Shown here: positions 53,637-63,680 of the stretch, in pieces
How the letters are laid out: each line of letters opens with the position of its first letter
Position numbering within the stretch: position 1 is the first letter of the stretch
Virus record (IMG/VR): IMGVR_UViG_2751185632_000005
Location: 25,472-89,471 of that record
Strand: one strand, 5' to 3'
Length of the DNA stretch: 64,000 nt
Origin: a virus
Lineage: Duplodnaviria; Caudoviricetes
Translations under genes and position numbers: made by a program
Notes under the pieces: generated by a model
What the model was told of the DNA's origin: nothing
The model's input: the letters and a program-made list of their open reading frames with translations, nothing else
Databases searched by the model: none

Positions 53637-54163
53637 AAACAGCACACGTTGTGGAAAATGGCCTCGTCGTGAACTGTATCGTTCTGAACGACGATGCCGA
53701 CCCTGCTGTCTTCGGCGCAGTCTCAGGGCCTGCGGACGCCGGTATCGGGTGGACGGTTGATGGCGACACATGGGCACCACCGGCCGGACTGTCAGTGCCG
53801 ATCAATGACCTCCGCGCCGCCGCCAAGGCCGCCGTCGACGCGGCGGCCGAGGCTTACCGGCTTACCTACATCACGCCGGGCGCCGGGCAGGCGATGGCCT
53901 ACACCCAGAAGCGCGCGGAGGCTCAAGCCTACCTCGCCGACACCGACCTTACCGCCGCCGAGTGCCCGCACATCTACGCGGAGATCGGCATCACCGGCCC
54001 GACGGCCGAGGCTGTCGCCCAGACGGTGGTCGCCATGCATGCCGCATGGCAGGTCAAGAGCGCCGAAATCGAGCGCAAGCGCCTCGCTGCCAAGGCGGCG
54101 ATCGACGCAGCCGAGACCGCCGAGGCGATCAGCAACGCGACCGACATCGACTGGGACGCTTGA
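53633..54163 (+). CDS. Tail fibre assembly chaperone (DUF4376-like)
   Basis: YITPGAGQAMAYTQKRAEA...IE..RL.AK.AI..A. Confidence 0.75.
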   Translation: MKTAHVVENGLVVNCIVLNDDADPAVFGAVSGPADAGIGWTVDGDTWAPPAGLSVPINDLRAAAKAAVDAAAEAYRLTYITPGAGQAMAYTQKRAEAQAYLADTDLTAAECPHIYAEIGITGPTAEAVAQTVVAMHAAWQVKSAEIERKRLAAKAAIDAAETAEAISNATDIDWDA

Positions 54164-54197
54164 CCGGCACAGCGGCTCGACACCCCGAACAACCGAC

Positions 54198-54219
54198 ACC
54201 CGCCTCGCGCGGGTTTTTT
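54198..54219 (+). terminator. Rho-independent terminator
   Basis: ACCCGC-CTCGC-GCGGGT-TTTTT. Confidence 0.7.
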
Positions 54220-54243
54220 CATGCCCGCTCAGGAGACATAGGC

Positions 54244-55710
54244 ATGGCGACCGACATCTACCTCCATGGTATCGAGACCACCGAGGAGGACAGTAGCCCC
54301 CGCGCCTCGACCACTATCGACACCGGCGTGATTGCCCTGATCGGGACCGCTCCGGACGCCAACGAAACCGATTGGCCGCTCGACACCGCCATCGCCGTTC
54401 TCGGTTCGAGTGCGGATCGTACGACTCTCGGCGAAACCGGGACGCTCTACGATGCGCTGGACGGCATTTTCGACCAGTCGTCGAGGGTGTCTCAAACGGT
54501 CGTGCTGGTCCGCGTCGAGGAGGGCAGCAACGTCTGGGAGACGATGGGCAACATCATCGGCGACCAGGCGACGCGCACGGGCATGTACGCGCTGCTCGAC
54601 GCCCCGACCACGCTGAACTTGAAGCCGAAGCTGCTCATTGCGCCGGGCTTCACCTCGCAGCGTCCGTCTACCGGCATTGCGTCCATCGCGGTCGGCGGTG
54701 CGGGGGGCGCCGGCTACACTTCCGCTCCTGATGTGGTCATCACTGGCGACGGTCACGGCGCCAAGGCAACCGCGATCATCAACAGCAGCACCGGCAAGGT
54801 CACTGCGATCAAGCTGGATAACCCGGGCGTCGGCTACACGGCCGCGTCGGTTACACTCACTGGCGGCGGCGCGACTACGCAGGCGACCGCCACGGCTACG
54901 ATCGGCACGGCGGCGAACCCCGTCGCCGTCGAGCTCCTGGTCCTTGCCAGGAAGTTCCGAGCCGGCGTGATCAAGGCGGCGCCGGCCACTACTTACGCTG
55001 CCGCAGTTGCCGACCGCAACGACTACGATACCGACCGGATGCTCATCGTCGAGCCGATGGTGAAGATCTTCAAGGACAACGAGGTGGTCAACCAACCGCC
55101 GGAGGCGCGTGTCGCGGGCCTTCAGGCCAACGTCGACTACACAGAAGGGTTCTGGGTCTCTCCCTCGAACCATGTCGTGCAGGGTGTCGTCGGCACCAGT
55201 CGGGCGATCGACCATTCGATCAACGATTCCTCCGTGGAATCGCAGAAACTCAACAAGAGCCAGATCGCATGCATCATTCGGGCAGCCTCGGGTGGTTTCA
55301 AGCTCTGGGGCTCGCGTGTGCCATCGTCGGACTCGATCAAGCAGTTCTGGTCGGTTCGCCGCGCCCACGACACGATCATCGACTCGATCGAGTTGGCGTG
55401 TGAGCCCTACATCGACAAGCCGTTTGGCCTCCAGATCCTCGTCGACATCGCCGAGACCGTGAACCGGGCGCTTCGGCGGTGGAGTGGTCTCGGTGCTACC
55501 CTCGGCGGCCGCGTCTGGCTCGATCCCAAGTTGAACACCGCCGAGACCTGGGTCAGCGGCCACCTCTACATCAACTACGATGCCGAGGCGCCCGCGCCGA
55601 TCGAACGCATCACGTTCATCTTCAGCCGCAACACTGGCTACTACGAGACCCTCGCGGCCAATGCCGTGAAGGAGATCGAGCGCCTGACCTCCGCGGCTGT
55701 CAGCAGCTAA
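54244..55710 (+). CDS. Contractile tail sheath protein
   Basis: YLHGIE, KPKLLIAPGF, GFWVSPSN, GFKLWGSR, SVRR, APIERITF. Confidence 0.93.
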   Translation: MATDIYLHGIETTEEDSSPRASTTIDTGVIALIGTAPDANETDWPLDTAIAVLGSSADRTTLGETGTLYDALDGIFDQSSRVSQTVVLVRVEEGSNVWETMGNIIGDQATRTGMYALLDAPTTLNLKPKLLIAPGFTSQRPSTGIASIAVGGAGGAGYTSAPDVVITGDGHGAKATAIINSSTGKVTAIKLDNPGVGYTAASVTLTGGGATTQATATATIGTAANPVAVELLVLARKFRAGVIKAAPATTYAAAVADRNDYDTDRMLIVEPMVKIFKDNEVVNQPPEARVAGLQANVDYTEGFWVSPSNHVVQGVVGTSRAIDHSINDSSVESQKLNKSQIACIIRAASGGFKLWGSRVPSSDSIKQFWSVRRAHDTIIDSIELACEPYIDKPFGLQILVDIAETVNRALRRWSGLGATLGGRVWLDPKLNTAETWVSGHLYINYDAEAPAPIERITFIFSRNTGYYETLAANAVKEIERLTSAAVSS

Positions 55711-55767
55711 TCGACCAGCCCCGGCTTGCCGGCTGGGGCCTGATCCATTTCAACGGAGAGGACGCCG

Positions 55768-56277
55768 ATGCGCGATATCCTTCAGGGTTTCACCATGTAT
55801 ATCAATAGCGAGGACTTCGGCGAGGACACCGAGGAACTCACCCTACCGATCCCTGTTCCCACCACGCAGACCTATCGCGGGGGCGGCATGGACCTCGCCG
55901 TCGATATGCCGATGTTGGCGCTTGAGGCGATGGAGATCAGCGTCAAGCAGGCCGGCCAGAGCACAAAGATCCAGCGCCTGTGCGCGCAGGGACCGGGCAA
56001 CCGCGAGAGCTTCCAGTTCCGTGGGGCTGTTCAATCCGACGACGATGGGACGATCGCGGCGCATGTGGTTGTGGTCGAAGGCTCGGCCAACGGCGACAGC
56101 CGCGACGCGTGGAACCGTGGTGAGAAGGTCGGCTTCAACTGGAAGATCAACAACATCCGCTACTTCCGCTACGAGGCGGATGGCGAGGTAATCCACGAAA
56201 TTCAGGCGTGGCCTCCCAAGCGCATCGTCTACGGGGTTGATCAACTCGCCAACGTCAACGCAGCTCTTGGCTACTGA
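55768..56277 (+). CDS. Tail tube protein (P2 FII-like)
   Basis: YRGGGMD...LEAME; EIQAW..KRIVYGVDQLA....ALG. Confidence 0.9.
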   Translation: MRDILQGFTMYINSEDFGEDTEELTLPIPVPTTQTYRGGGMDLAVDMPMLALEAMEISVKQAGQSTKIQRLCAQGPGNRESFQFRGAVQSDDDGTIAAHVVVVEGSANGDSRDAWNRGEKVGFNWKINNIRYFRYEADGEVIHEIQAWPPKRIVYGVDQLANVNAALGY

Positions 56278-56285
56278 GGTGATCG

Positions 56286-56702
56286 ATGAACGACAGAGTG
56301 ATTAAGGCGCTAAGCCGCGAGGAAATCGAAGCTATCGAGGCGCGGAAGGCGGCTGAAGCCGCCAAGCCGGCACCGCCGGAGTTCGTCGACACTGGCAAGC
56401 AGCGGGCGATTACTGTCCCGCTCGACTGGCCGATGACCTATGCCGGCGTGGTCTACAGCGAGGTCGTCATCCGGCGCCCGCAGTTGGCGCAGTGGCGCCA
56501 GTATCTACGGGACTGCGCGGACGCTGTCGCCGAGCGAGGTCTCGGCGCCGACGATGATGTGGACCTGCCGTGGTTGTCCATTCCGGCTGTGGTCTACAAT
56601 GCTCTCGATACCAAGGACGGCCTGAAGGTCGACGCGGCTCAAGAGGGTTTTTTCGGCGAGTCCATGCCCGACTCCGCGGATGGAACCAATCCGTCCCCCT
56701 GA
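56286..56702 (+). CDS. Tail assembly chaperone (gpE-like)
   Basis: VPLDWP...EVVIRRP; between tube and tape measure. Confidence 0.8.
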   Translation: MNDRVIKALSREEIEAIEARKAAEAAKPAPPEFVDTGKQRAITVPLDWPMTYAGVVYSEVVIRRPQLAQWRQYLRDCADAVAERGLGADDDVDLPWLSIPAVVYNALDTKDGLKVDAAQEGFFGESMPDSADGTNPSP

Positions 56703-56833
56703 CGATCGACCGATGGCTGGAACTCGCCTTCAAGGTGATGGGAGCATCGGCCGGCGGCGTTAGCTTCGAAACCATCCTCGGCATGACGTTCCCGGAGCTT
56801 GTTAGTCTCTGGGAGGAAGCTCAACACTGGTAG
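56645..56833 (+). CDS. -1 frameshift extension (gpE+E'-like) of the tail chaperone
   Basis: Slippery G GGT TTT TTC at 56645-56654; the -1 frame is open to 56833 (…FETILGMTFPELVSLWEEAQHW). Confidence 0.75.
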   Translation, partial: GFFRRVHARLRGWNQSVPLTIDRWLELAFKVMGASAGGVSFETILGMTFPELVSLWEEAQHW

Positions 56834-56840
56834 GTGACCC

Positions 56841-59648
56841 ATGGTCTCGCGCACCGCGACGCTGCGCCTGCAGCTCATTGACGCTTTCAGCAAGCCGGGG
56901 CAGGGCGTCGTCAAGACCATGTCGGCTATCGACAAGGCCATCAACGCCTTCGGCAAAGGGAAGGCGCCAGAGATTCAGAAGCTGGTCCGCCAGCTTGAGT
57001 CCCTGAAGGCGAAGTCCGGTGCGATCAAGGCCTTCACAGAAAGCCGCCGCGGCCTGAAGGAGCTTTCGCAGGAATTCAAGTTGGCGAGCTCGAACGTCGC
57101 CCGGCTCGAGGCGGCGTTCAAGCTGGCGACCAAGCCAACAGCGCAGATGAAGCGCGACTTGGACAATGCGCACTCGGCCCTGCAGCAGACGCGCAAGTCG
57201 TTCATGGAGCAGGGACAGGCCGTCCGCACCGCCGAGAGGGCGCTGCGCACCTACGGCATCAACGGCCGTGAGGCGATCAGCGCTTCCCAGAAAGCGATCA
57301 GGAATCAGATCGCCCAGACCATCCGCGAGATGCGGCGGCTGGACCGCGAGGCGCGCAAGCCAGTTCCGAAGCCGGTACGGCCGTCGGTCGTTCCTGCCGG
57401 GGATACGACCGGATACAGGTCTCCAGCCCGAGATGCTGCGAGCATGATCATCGGCGGAGCTGCCGCGAATAGCGGCCGCACTATTGCCCAGAGGGCCTTC
57501 AGCGAGGCGGTAAACTTCGACGAAGCGACCGCCTTCCAGCGCGCTCTTGGTCAGCCAGACATCAATGAGGCCGATATCGGGCGCCTGAATGCCCAGGCGA
57601 AGAAGATCGGCGGCGATACCCGGTTCTCGAACGTGGATGTCGTGAGGGCACAAACCCTCGTGCTGCAGTCTGGCATCCGCAATGCCGACCAGATCCTCAA
57701 CCTTATGGGACCGATCACCGACTACGCGCTCGCCATGGGCACGTCGCTTGACGAGGCGGCGGAAACCATCCGTGGCTCGGCACTGTCGAAGCGGGTGAAC
57801 CTCACCGACGCCCAGGCGGTGACCACCTTCGTCGACTTCCTTGTGAAGATGGCAAAAAACTCTGGCATGACGAACGACGACGTCGCCCAGTACATGAAAT
57901 ATAGCGGCGCCGCGACGACGACAGCCGGTCTTCCCGACACCTACGCAGCAGCGATTGGTATGGTGCTTCGTCAGGCTGGTCTCCGCGGCGACGAGGCCGG
58001 CGTGTTTGCACGCACTGCCGCTGCCAAGCTGGTCGCGCCGACGAGCAAGGGTCGGACAGCGCTTGCTTCAATGGGCATCGACTACAACAAGTACGTCACC
58101 ATGCCCGACGCGATGAGCGTCAAGGGACTCGAGACCACGATCTCGACCAAGTTCGGCAGGCGGCTCACCGCCGACATGCGCGAGGCCATCGCCGACCTGT
58201 TCGAAAATGGCGTCTTCTCCGACGAGAATGGCAACGAGATGCCGATCGCTTCGGACCCCGGCCAGTTCAACGCAGCGGTGTCCGATATCCTCTCCCCGCT
58301 GTTTGCCGGCCCAAAGGGAAAGGTGGCGGCCGCAGACGCCAAAGCGCTTTCCAAAGCGGTGGACGACTTCTGGAAATACTCGGCGCAGAGCGTAGATGTA
58401 GTCGGCCTGCTCAATGCCATCATGTCGAGCAGCCCGAACCCCGGTGCGCTCAACGCCTTTTTCACTGAGCGACAGGGTGCGCGTGCACAGATCCTTGCCC
58501 AGAAATGGGACCAGTTCCAGCAACTGCTCGAGCTGATGTCGCATATTGAGCCGGGAACAGCGAACAAGATCGGTACGATCGCCAACGCAGGACTGTACGG
58601 CGACTACACCAAGCTGACGGGCACTGTGGAGACGGCGCTCACCACGATCGGTCAGGACTGGGAATTTGCTACCAGGCCAGCGATCAATGCGACCAATGCC
58701 TTGGTCGACGAGTTCAACGCGCTTTCGACCAGTACACGTCGTTTGATCGAAGCCGTGGGCGCCGGCGTCGCCCTCTTCGGCGGCTTTATGGCCATGAAGT
58801 CGATGTATGGTCTATTTGAGCGTGTAACCGGAGGAAAGCCAGGTTCTGGTGGTGCAAACACCAAGTCCTCCATGTTCGCTCCGTTGGGGCGCCTCTTCTC
58901 CCTAGCGGCGCCGATGGTTGGTCTGCAGGCAATCGCCGGTTCCTCTACGCCAGAGGAAGACGCGACGCTGTCATCGACAGACGCAGCGACCAAGGCGCTT
59001 CGCGCGAAATTTGGAGACGCGACGCTTCAGGCCGCCAGAGACAAGTTCCAGCCGTGGTGGAGGAAGACATTCAGCCTGGATGCGGCCGACGCGCGCGACC
59101 AGGAGTATATCAATCAGTACCTCGCCGAGAAGGCGATGGGCGCTATCGATCCAGCCCCACCGGTTATACCGAAGGGCGACTCCAAGGCACCCACACTGCC
59201 GTCGTCGTCTCCTATGCTCCGTGTCAACGGGGCTTTCTCGCTGTTCGAGAAGTTGGACGACACCTATTCGCCTCGCGTGGATACGTCGTCGATCGATGCC
59301 GCGATCCAGAAGGCTGAGCAACTTCGGAAAGCCCTGTCCGGGGTCGGTGGTTCGGTGGAAACTCCTGCCAACACCAACTCGTTCGGCGGGGCGCGAGCCG
59401 CTGGTGGTCCGGTTCAGGCCGGGAAGACGTATCTGGTGGGCGAGAAGGGACCGGAGCCGTTCATCCCCGGCCGGAGCGGGACGATCCTGCCGAACCGAGC
59501 GCTTGGCGGGGTCACCGTCAACGCCACATTCCACCTCCACGGTAAGGCAACCGAGGAGGACGCCATGACGATCCTTCAGAAGCTCAATCACATCGTTGCA
59601 CGGTCGCAAGCCACGATGTGGGGCGGGTTGGCGCCTTACGGAGAATAG
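56841..59648 (+). CDS. Tape measure protein
   Basis: 935 aa; TRFS..DV, GLRGDEAG core; GGPV..GKTYLVGEKGPE. Confidence 0.92.
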   Translation: MVSRTATLRLQLIDAFSKPGQGVVKTMSAIDKAINAFGKGKAPEIQKLVRQLESLKAKSGAIKAFTESRRGLKELSQEFKLASSNVARLEAAFKLATKPTAQMKRDLDNAHSALQQTRKSFMEQGQAVRTAERALRTYGINGREAISASQKAIRNQIAQTIREMRRLDREARKPVPKPVRPSVVPAGDTTGYRSPARDAASMIIGGAAANSGRTIAQRAFSEAVNFDEATAFQRALGQPDINEADIGRLNAQAKKIGGDTRFSNVDVVRAQTLVLQSGIRNADQILNLMGPITDYALAMGTSLDEAAETIRGSALSKRVNLTDAQAVTTFVDFLVKMAKNSGMTNDDVAQYMKYSGAATTTAGLPDTYAAAIGMVLRQAGLRGDEAGVFARTAAAKLVAPTSKGRTALASMGIDYNKYVTMPDAMSVKGLETTISTKFGRRLTADMREAIADLFENGVFSDENGNEMPIASDPGQFNAAVSDILSPLFAGPKGKVAAADAKALSKAVDDFWKYSAQSVDVVGLLNAIMSSSPNPGALNAFFTERQGARAQILAQKWDQFQQLLELMSHIEPGTANKIGTIANAGLYGDYTKLTGTVETALTTIGQDWEFATRPAINATNALVDEFNALSTSTRRLIEAVGAGVALFGGFMAMKSMYGLFERVTGGKPGSGGANTKSSMFAPLGRLFSLAAPMVGLQAIAGSSTPEEDATLSSTDAATKALRAKFGDATLQAARDKFQPWWRKTFSLDAADARDQEYINQYLAEKAMGAIDPAPPVIPKGDSKAPTLPSSSPMLRVNGAFSLFEKLDDTYSPRVDTSSIDAAIQKAEQLRKALSGVGGSVETPANTNSFGGARAAGGPVQAGKTYLVGEKGPEPFIPGRSGTILPNRALGGVTVNATFHLHGKATEEDAMTILQKLNHIVARSQATMWGGLAPYGE

Positions 59649-59650
59649 CC

Positions 59651-60151
59651 ATGCTTATGGGTTGGGGGCCTTATCGGTTCACCGTTCCGAATTACTCGGT
59701 CGAGACCATACGGCGCTCGATCCAGGCACGAGTCAGCTCGCAGCCGGTTATTGGAGCCCGTCCCAAACTGCACAGGCTCGGGCCGGGCGACGAGACCATC
59801 ACGTTGTCGTCGACGTTTTTCCCGCAGCATCTCAATGGCAACGGCCTCACGCAGTTGGCCGGTATCCGACAGGCGGTAAACGCCCAAGAGTCGCTGCAGC
59901 TCGTGCACATCAACGGCGCCGGGATGAACATCTTCGGGAAGTGGATCGCCACCAGCGTTGAAGATGAGCAGACGATGCTGGATGCCTTCGGCTCGCCGCA
60001 ATGCGTGACATCCACCCTGACCATGATGCTCGACGAAGATCTGACGCCCCGTGGAATAGCCGTGGCGGCCGTGCTCGGGGCGGTCAACTTTAGCGCATCT
60101 CTCTCCATCAGCTCGAGCGGGCTTTCCGCCTCTATAGGGATTGGCTTTTGA
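59651..60151 (+). CDS. Tail protein gpU-like
   Basis: MGWGPYRF...LGPGDETITL.S.F.P. Confidence 0.85.
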   Translation: MLMGWGPYRFTVPNYSVETIRRSIQARVSSQPVIGARPKLHRLGPGDETITLSSTFFPQHLNGNGLTQLAGIRQAVNAQESLQLVHINGAGMNIFGKWIATSVEDEQTMLDAFGSPQCVTSTLTMMLDEDLTPRGIAVAAVLGAVNFSASLSISSSGLSASIGIGF

Positions 60152-61155
60152 TGCGCACCCCCGTCTTCTACATCAAGGCTAACGGTGAGGACATCACCGA
60201 CAAGCTCTCCGGCCTCGGCATCAGCATGACGGTGACGGACAACGAGGGCGTGAAGGCCGATACGCTGGAGATCGACATCGACGATCTGGACGGCCGGGTG
60301 GCGACACCGAAGGCCGGCGCTGTGTTGCAGGCAATCGGTGGATATGAGGGACAGCTTCGCGATTTCGGTCAGTTCTCCGTGGACTCCGTTACCCTTGCAG
60401 GCTGGCCCCGGCATATTCAGATTTCGGCCAAGTCGGTAGCGGCGAAATCTCTCGCTAAGCAGCGGCACACGATTGCTTTCAAGTCGGCCGATTTCCCCAC
60501 CTATGGGGCAATCCTCAAGCATGTCGCATCCATAGCCGGGGTGGCTCCCACGATTCACTCGGCTATCTCCCAGATCGAGAACCTCTATGAGGCGATAGCC
60601 GACGAGGATCTGGTTCAATTCCTGACAAGAGTGAGCAGGAAAATCGGGGCTACGATCTCGGTAAAGGGACAGCGTCTTGTCGCCGTCCCGAAGGGTGGGG
60701 GGCAAAGCGTTAGCGGGGCAAGTCTCGGGACAATCAGCATTGAGCAGCCTGGGAACCTGATCAACTATTCGGTCACGTGGAGCGATGGCCCGAAGTATTC
60801 CAGCGTCGTCGCCTCCCATTACGATCGTCGCAAGAACGAGAAAAAGACGGTCTCCGAAGCGACTGGTATGAATGGGCCGGTCTGGAACATCCGCGAGCCT
60901 TATGAGAACGAGACGGTCGCCAAGCGCGCCGCCAAGGCTAAAGCCGCTGACCTCAAACGAGCTCAGGCCAGCGCTACCTTCGAGATCGACGGAGATCCGT
61001 TCGCGCTCGCGGAGGCGACTGCAGTCGTTTCGGGCGCCCGGGCTGACGTCGATGGGAAGTGGCGCATCAAGTCGGCCACCCACTCCTTCTCGGCGACCGG
61101 CCCATACACCACGTCGCTCTCCTGCGACGTGCCCGACTCCGGAGCCTCCGAATGA
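60151..61155 (+). CDS. Baseplate hub, late control D (gpD-like)
   Basis: DITDKL...VTDNEGVKADTLEIDIDD; GY...L...G.F.VD. Confidence 0.9.
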   Translation: MRTPVFYIKANGEDITDKLSGLGISMTVTDNEGVKADTLEIDIDDLDGRVATPKAGAVLQAIGGYEGQLRDFGQFSVDSVTLAGWPRHIQISAKSVAAKSLAKQRHTIAFKSADFPTYGAILKHVASIAGVAPTIHSAISQIENLYEAIADEDLVQFLTRVSRKIGATISVKGQRLVAVPKGGGQSVSGASLGTISIEQPGNLINYSVTWSDGPKYSSVVASHYDRRKNEKKTVSEATGMNGPVWNIREPYENETVAKRAAKAKAADLKRAQASATFEIDGDPFALAEATAVVSGARADVDGKWRIKSATHSFSATGPYTTSLSCDVPDSGASE

Positions 61156-61394
61156 ACTGCCGCTATGTGACCGGCCCGGACGGGATTGTCCGCTATGCCA
61201 CCATCGACGGGGATACCGTCGACGATATCGCCTACGGCTACTACGGCGAGAACACCAACCACACCGAGGCGATCCTCGCGGCGAACCCGCGGCTGGCGGA
61301 GGCGGGCCCTGTCCTCCCGGCCGGCATGGTCGTGAAGATTCCAGTCGTCAGGCCGACCACTGTGCCGGCTCCAACGATCTCCCTTTGGTCCTGA
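61152..61394 (+). CDS. Tail protein X (gpX, LysM-like)
   Basis: GDTVDDIAY.YYG...EAILAANPRLA..GPVLPAG. Confidence 0.9.
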   Translation: MNCRYVTGPDGIVRYATIDGDTVDDIAYGYYGENTNHTEAILAANPRLAEAGPVLPAGMVVKIPVVRPTTVPAPTISLWS

Positions 61395-61428
61395 GCGTCC
61401 ACGGCGCGCCCACTTCCGGAGAACTCCG

Positions 61429-61767
61429 ATGGCTTACGATGACGCTGCGAGCCAGGCGGCCCTCGCTGTCGCGAAAAGCGTGCTTCAGGACGCGGTCAAA
61501 GCGGCTGGGGTCGTCAAGGTCGCGTCTCAGGCGATGGCCGCTGCTGTCGTTGGGGCCGAACAAGCCAAGTCCCAGACGGAGCAGATGCTCTCGTCCATGG
61601 CGGACAAGAGCCTCTCCAACGTTGAGGCTGACGCAGTTGCCGCCTTGGTTGGTAGGTTCCTCTTTGCCTCCACCCATAGCGACCCGGGCACCCCAGCAAC
61701 GATCACCCTGAGGCCAATGGCCGAAGGGTCGACCATCTACGGCATGGTTCTGACAGTGTCCGCCTGA
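61429..61767 (+). CDS. Hypothetical protein
   Basis: GGAG RBS; Ala-rich. Confidence 0.6.
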   Translation: MAYDDAASQAALAVAKSVLQDAVKAAGVVKVASQAMAAAVVGAEQAKSQTEQMLSSMADKSLSNVEADAVAALVGRFLFASTHSDPGTPATITLRPMAEGSTIYGMVLTVSA

Positions 61768-61795
61768 CCTTCATCCTGATCTATCGGAGCACCGA

Positions 61796-62380
61796 ATGTC
61801 CAGTTCTTCCCCTGTCGCCCTTTCGATCGGTGTGGCGCTCCTCGACCCGGAGACCTCGGCCGCCTACGGCGCGAACAAGCCTCTCCCGGTCAAGGGTGAC
61901 GTGTTCCGCGCCGCGGCGTCTTTCGTCCGGCCAGCCGACACCACCGCCTACGCCGTGTCGGACCTCATCGCCAACTCGACGGCTTCTGGTGCTGTGACCC
62001 CGATGCAATTCGACCTCGGAGTGTCGCAGGGTCTCATCCGAGCCGCGATGTTCAAGACGTCGACGCCGGCGCTGGTTGCGGGCTCTTCGTTCCGTCTGCA
62101 TCTCTGGTCTCAGGCCCCGATCACCACCGGTGGCGACAATGCGCAGGTGTTCGCGGCTGCCGCTGGCCTCGTCACCACGACCGGCTATCTCGGCTACATC
62201 GACATGACGGTGGACGTGTGGGGCTCTGACGGCGCCATGGGGAGAGGAGCGCCGTTGCCGGATATCCATTTCGATCTCGGCGAGGCAACGAAGGTCTATG
62301 GCCTGATCGAGGCACGCAGCGCGATCACACCCGCGAACGCCGCCAACATCGCCTGCACGGTCGCCGGCGTAGCTGCCTAA
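61796..62380 (+). CDS. Putative virion structural protein
   Basis: RPADTTAYAVSDLI...FRLHLW; jelly-roll-like pattern. Confidence 0.55.
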   Translation: MSSSSPVALSIGVALLDPETSAAYGANKPLPVKGDVFRAAASFVRPADTTAYAVSDLIANSTASGAVTPMQFDLGVSQGLIRAAMFKTSTPALVAGSSFRLHLWSQAPITTGGDNAQVFAAAAGLVTTTGYLGYIDMTVDVWGSDGAMGRGAPLPDIHFDLGEATKVYGLIEARSAITPANAANIACTVAGVAA

Positions 62381-62390
62381 GGAGGCGGTC

Positions 62391-63680
62391 ATGCACCCTC
62401 TTTTGCGCACATGCGCACTTGGCTCAAGCCCGTGGTGGCTCGCCGCCCGTCACGGCCTCGACGGTGTGGCGCCGCTAGCCATCCTGTCGCCGGCCTCCGG
62501 CCGCTCGATGCTCGACGGCAAGCCGGCGAGCGACGGCGCGCTGATCTCGCGCCAGGGCGGCGTCAAATACGTCATCGGCAAGGATGGCACGCTCCAGCAA
62601 GTCGCCGCCAATGTGCTCGCCTACGACCATGCGTCCGGACGCCGACGCCTCAGGCTCGAGGGGCAGGCAACCAATTTCATCCGCAACAGCACCATGCTGG
62701 GCGCTGTTACCGGAGAGCCAGGGACGCCACCGAACACTTGGGTCGTCTCTGCTAGTGGGACTTCGGGCTTGGTGCGGACCATTGTCGGAGTCGGTATCGT
62801 CGCCGGCATGGCCTACATGGATATCCGCTGGGTCGGGACGGCCACTTCATCGACCTCGATACAAATGGCTACAGAGGGCGCTGTACAGATTCCAGCGCTA
62901 TCTGGGCAAACATGGACGCATTCGGTCTACATTGCCTTGATCGGAGGGACATGGCCGGCTGGGGGAGCGCCGGTCGTCAGCGTTATAGAGAGGTCTTCCG
63001 CGGGCGCATTGTTAGTATCCAGCGGTGCGGACTTTGGATCGATCGGGAGCACTCTGACCAGGGTTACTTATAGTCGGACCCTCAATAACGGTTCGACGGC
63101 CTTTGTTCAGCCGTCAATCCGGTATGAGCCCATAGCCGGGGCGGTTGTCGACTTCACAATCCGCATTGCCGCACCGCAAATGGAGATGTCTCCGGCCGCA
63201 AGCTCCCAAATCCCCACCTCGGGCGCCGCCGTCACCCGACCGGCCGATAGGGCGCCGCTGTGGTCCGGCGCTGGAGCGGCAACCGCCTGGGCTTGGCGGG
63301 GCAATGTGCCGGCGGCAATAGCCGGACAGCAATTTCTTGGATCTTCCGGGGGCAGTTATATCCGAGACGGCAGTACCACAGACCAAATCATACTTGCGGG
63401 CATAAGCACCGCGCTGATCGTCGCCAATGGCATATTACCAGGTTACCTTGCTTTTTGCGGAGGTTGGGGCGCATCTGGCCGTCGCGCATCGATCGCGGCC
63501 TCAGCAGTGGTCAGTGATACCATTGTACCCGACAGGTCTCGCACCGGCATGTTCCTAGGTGCCTTCGCCAGCCTCGCCGACGGCCAGATCCTCGACATCG
63601 ACGAACTCGTTGCCTGGCGCCTCCCCGACCGCCCGTCGGCGGCCGGCTGCCAGGGCCAAGCCAGAGCATGGAGCGCCTGA
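62391..63680 (+). CDS. Spike/fibre-like protein
   Basis: KYV...DG.LQ...N...D...G..RL.LEGQATN.IRNS; QME...ASS.IPT.GAAVTR.AD. Confidence 0.7.
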   Translation: MHPLLRTCALGSSPWWLAARHGLDGVAPLAILSPASGRSMLDGKPASDGALISRQGGVKYVIGKDGTLQQVAANVLAYDHASGRRRLRLEGQATNFIRNSTMLGAVTGEPGTPPNTWVVSASGTSGLVRTIVGVGIVAGMAYMDIRWVGTATSSTSIQMATEGAVQIPALSGQTWTHSVYIALIGGTWPAGGAPVVSVIERSSAGALLVSSGADFGSIGSTLTRVTYSRTLNNGSTAFVQPSIRYEPIAGAVVDFTIRIAAPQMEMSPAASSQIPTSGAAVTRPADRAPLWSGAGAATAWAWRGNVPAAIAGQQFLGSSGGSYIRDGSTTDQIILAGISTALIVANGILPGYLAFCGGWGASGRRASIAASAVVSDTIVPDRSRTGMFLGAFASLADGQILDIDELVAWRLPDRPSAAGCQGQARAWSA

